A DNA stretch of 64,000 nucleotides. It comes from Octopus bimaculoides (taxonomy: Eukaryota). Positions 61,781-64,000 of this stretch are shown here, one piece after another. The notes under the pieces are model-generated. The model was given only the letters and a program-made list of their open reading frames with translations. It was not told where the DNA came from and ran no database searches. A program made the translations under genes and the position numbers. The first letter of the stretch is position 1, and the number at the start of each line of letters is the position of its first letter. Location of the stretch: the NCBI RefSeq assembly GCF_001194135.2, contig NC_068984.1, positions 61,484,492 to 61,548,491 of the forward strand. The letters run 5' to 3'.

Positions 61781-61849
61781 ATCGAGAATTCTTAATACTG
61801 ATGTCAGTTTCGGCAATTTCCGTTTCCTCATCAGTTGAGCCCGCTCGAC
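61781..61849 (-). ncRNA. Type I hammerhead ribozyme fold
   Basis: Minus strand: GTCGAG CGGG CTCAA CTGATGA GGAAA CGGAAA TTGCC GAAA CTG ACAT CAG TA TTAAG AATT CTCGAT. It has an intact CUGAUGA/GAAA core, stem III ACTG/CAGT, a GUA cleavage triplet, stem II (1 mismatch), and stem I (1 mismatch) with an internal loop and a distal TCGAG/CTCGA helix. Confidence 0.75.
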
Positions 61850-61859
61850 TGTTCGTCAC

Positions 61860-62160
61860 TTTTCGGAATCGCTTCACCATTAGAATTTATGTTTTCGTCA
61901 GCTAAATTATTGGATGGCTTAGCGATTCGCATGTGCGTTAACTACCGCATTAGAGCTGTTTAGACCTTATTTCTAGCAATGTGGGTCTTTCCTAGCATCT
62001 TAGTCACATTTAGTGACAAATGTGATTCTCCTTTTTGATGAAATATTGCAAACTGTTGTTTATATTAAATTTGTATATACACAATGGCGAATCGCTAATT
62101 CATCCAATAATTTGGATGACGAAAACATAAATACTAATGGCGAAGCGAGTCCGAAATAAC
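61860..62160. repeat. ~75-bp imperfect inverted repeat pair with a ~150-bp spacer
   Basis: TTTCGGAATCGCTTCACCATTAGAATTTATGTTTTCGTCAGCTAAATTATTGGATGGCTTAGCGATTCGC (about 61860-61931) versus the reverse complement of about 62088-62158. Confidence 0.85.
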
Positions 62161-62329
62161 AGGACAGTGAGAACAAGACAGTAAAAACAAACAGTGAGGG
62201 CTGTTGAGCCAAGACGAAGGAAAAATTATTCTGAACGCAAGGAGAACGAGCCATGAGAGGAGATTGGCAAGGCACGTCTTTTCTTTAGGAAGGAAATGGA
62301 CAGAAAGATAGATCCCCTTTCGTCAAGTA

Positions 62330-62505
62330 TCAGCGACGAGAGAGACAAGGAGGAAGAGTGAGAGAGAGAGAGAGAGAGAGGGGGCAGAGGGAACGGTGAA
62401 GGGGAGAGGAGAAGAATAGAGAAAGCGTGAGAGAGAAAAACAGAAAGGATGAAGAACAAGAGAGAGAGATAGAGAGAGAAAAGAGATAGTAGAGATAGAA
62501 GAAGA
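62330..62505. repeat. Purine-rich (GA)n low-complexity tract
   Basis: Almost exclusively G/A on the plus strand. Confidence 0.85.
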
Positions 62506-64000
62506 GTGCGCATCGTAATTATTAAGACAAAACTTACTTGGAAAAGGATGCGTAGAAATCAACATACATATGTTTCAGAACAAAGTGTTTGACGAGTATA
62601 GAAACGTGTATAATAAGAAAAAGAGATGACACAAGAGAAACAATACTTATATTATACTATATACTATATTATATACTTATATAACAATACAATAGCTTAC
62701 AACTATTTCTGTTATAAGATGCAGTGGAGTCGTAGTTGAGTTTCTGAATAACATCCTACAATTTCATGGGATTTTCGAATATGAAGTGCTATTTATTTGG
62801 GAAAAGAGAATTACATTTGTGCAATATACAGGGAAGTCATTACCTAATTGGTCCAGTGAATTCTTTAAAATTATTGCTCTCGTGGCCAAGCAAATTTTAC
62901 ATCGTCTGCTTCAGTTATAATATGGCCCATGTTGTTCCACAAATTTCTATTTAATTATGAATGACGTATTCACTTCCTTTAAATGCCATACGTTGTTGGT
63001 CAAAAACGTGATTTGCGCCATGTTGTGTGTCTAAAAGACGACCTGTCGTTGTTATGATATCATAGCATATTTTTATGGTTGTTACAATTTTACACGTGTT
63101 TCCACTGCACAGAGTACGAACAATTGCGCATACAACCGGCGTGATTTTCTGTGCAGATTCTTCAGGGTCTGTTCATTTGGCTAGTTCCAAAGCGAACCAA
63201 TTGGAGAAATATACAGCTTGGGTGACAATTATAGTTGTCATGGACGTTAAGTACTAATCGATGCAGTTAGCCGTAAACCTGGAACACAACTGGGAGCAAG
63301 AACGGTATCCGTCCGGATAATACACACTTCCAAACACACACACACACACACCCACACATTGATCGTGGTATATTGAAGTGTACAGTATTATATACCCTTT
63401 ACGGTTGATATTACCAAACGCTTTCGCAGATATAAAAATACTCTACACTCCGCTTAATATAACCACTCAATTGACAAACGTACGAGTTCATATTTGTTTT
63501 TTACTTATGGATTCTTAGACGGCTATATATATATGTATACATACATACTAACATACATAATACATACAAACATACATACATACATGCATACATACATACA
63601 TACATATGTGTATGTATGTATGCATGCATGCATGTAGGCATACGTTTGTGGTGGTTATGTTTCTGTTTTTGCAACATTCTTGATGTGAAATCGTGTGTCA
63701 TATTTGGGAACGGTTATTTTACCAATAAACGCACTCACTATTTATTAGATACTCACTTTTGCCTTATTATTAGCAGTAATTTATTTGTCTGAGTTGTTTC
63801 ATCACACGCTCTGTGACCTCTTCAATGTCTGCTATATGTGTTTCTCTATGCCTCCTCTTCTCTCAGCTCTTCCCATGTCTGCTGCAACAGTACATGTTTG
63901 TTTATTTCACATATATGCACACATGTTCAGTTCCCTTCAAGGGTTTAACTGAATATCTTATACGTTAATTTTTAAAGCTTCATCCGCTTTGTATTCCACT

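Overview
AT-rich eukaryotic genomic DNA with no recognisable intact protein-coding gene. It is dense in microsatellites, has 7 N-gaps, and is dominated by decayed transposable elements. The SINE families look like those I recall from coleoid cephalopods (Octopus-like), but this is an inference I cannot verify here. Supported content: about 11 copies of one tRNA-head SINE family (A) and about 6 copies or fragments of a second (B); four R4/Dong-like (RT + restriction-like endonuclease) LINE remnants, three sharing a 3' tail and associated with (TAA)n tracts; three RTE-group LINE remnants, one with twin-priming 5'-inversion geometry; a Penelope-like GIY-YIG remnant; two mariner remnants, one built from two 5' ends; a DD37D (maT-type) Tc1/mariner remnant; a non-autonomous Helitron-like element; and several MITE/foldback palindromes. 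The most notable RNA feature is a type I hammerhead ribozyme fold on the minus strand at 61781-61849. A few small candidate exons have good splice signals but no recognisable product. Almost all ORF-track entries are artefacts of microsatellites, N-gaps or TE remnants. Many boundaries were read by eye and are approximate.
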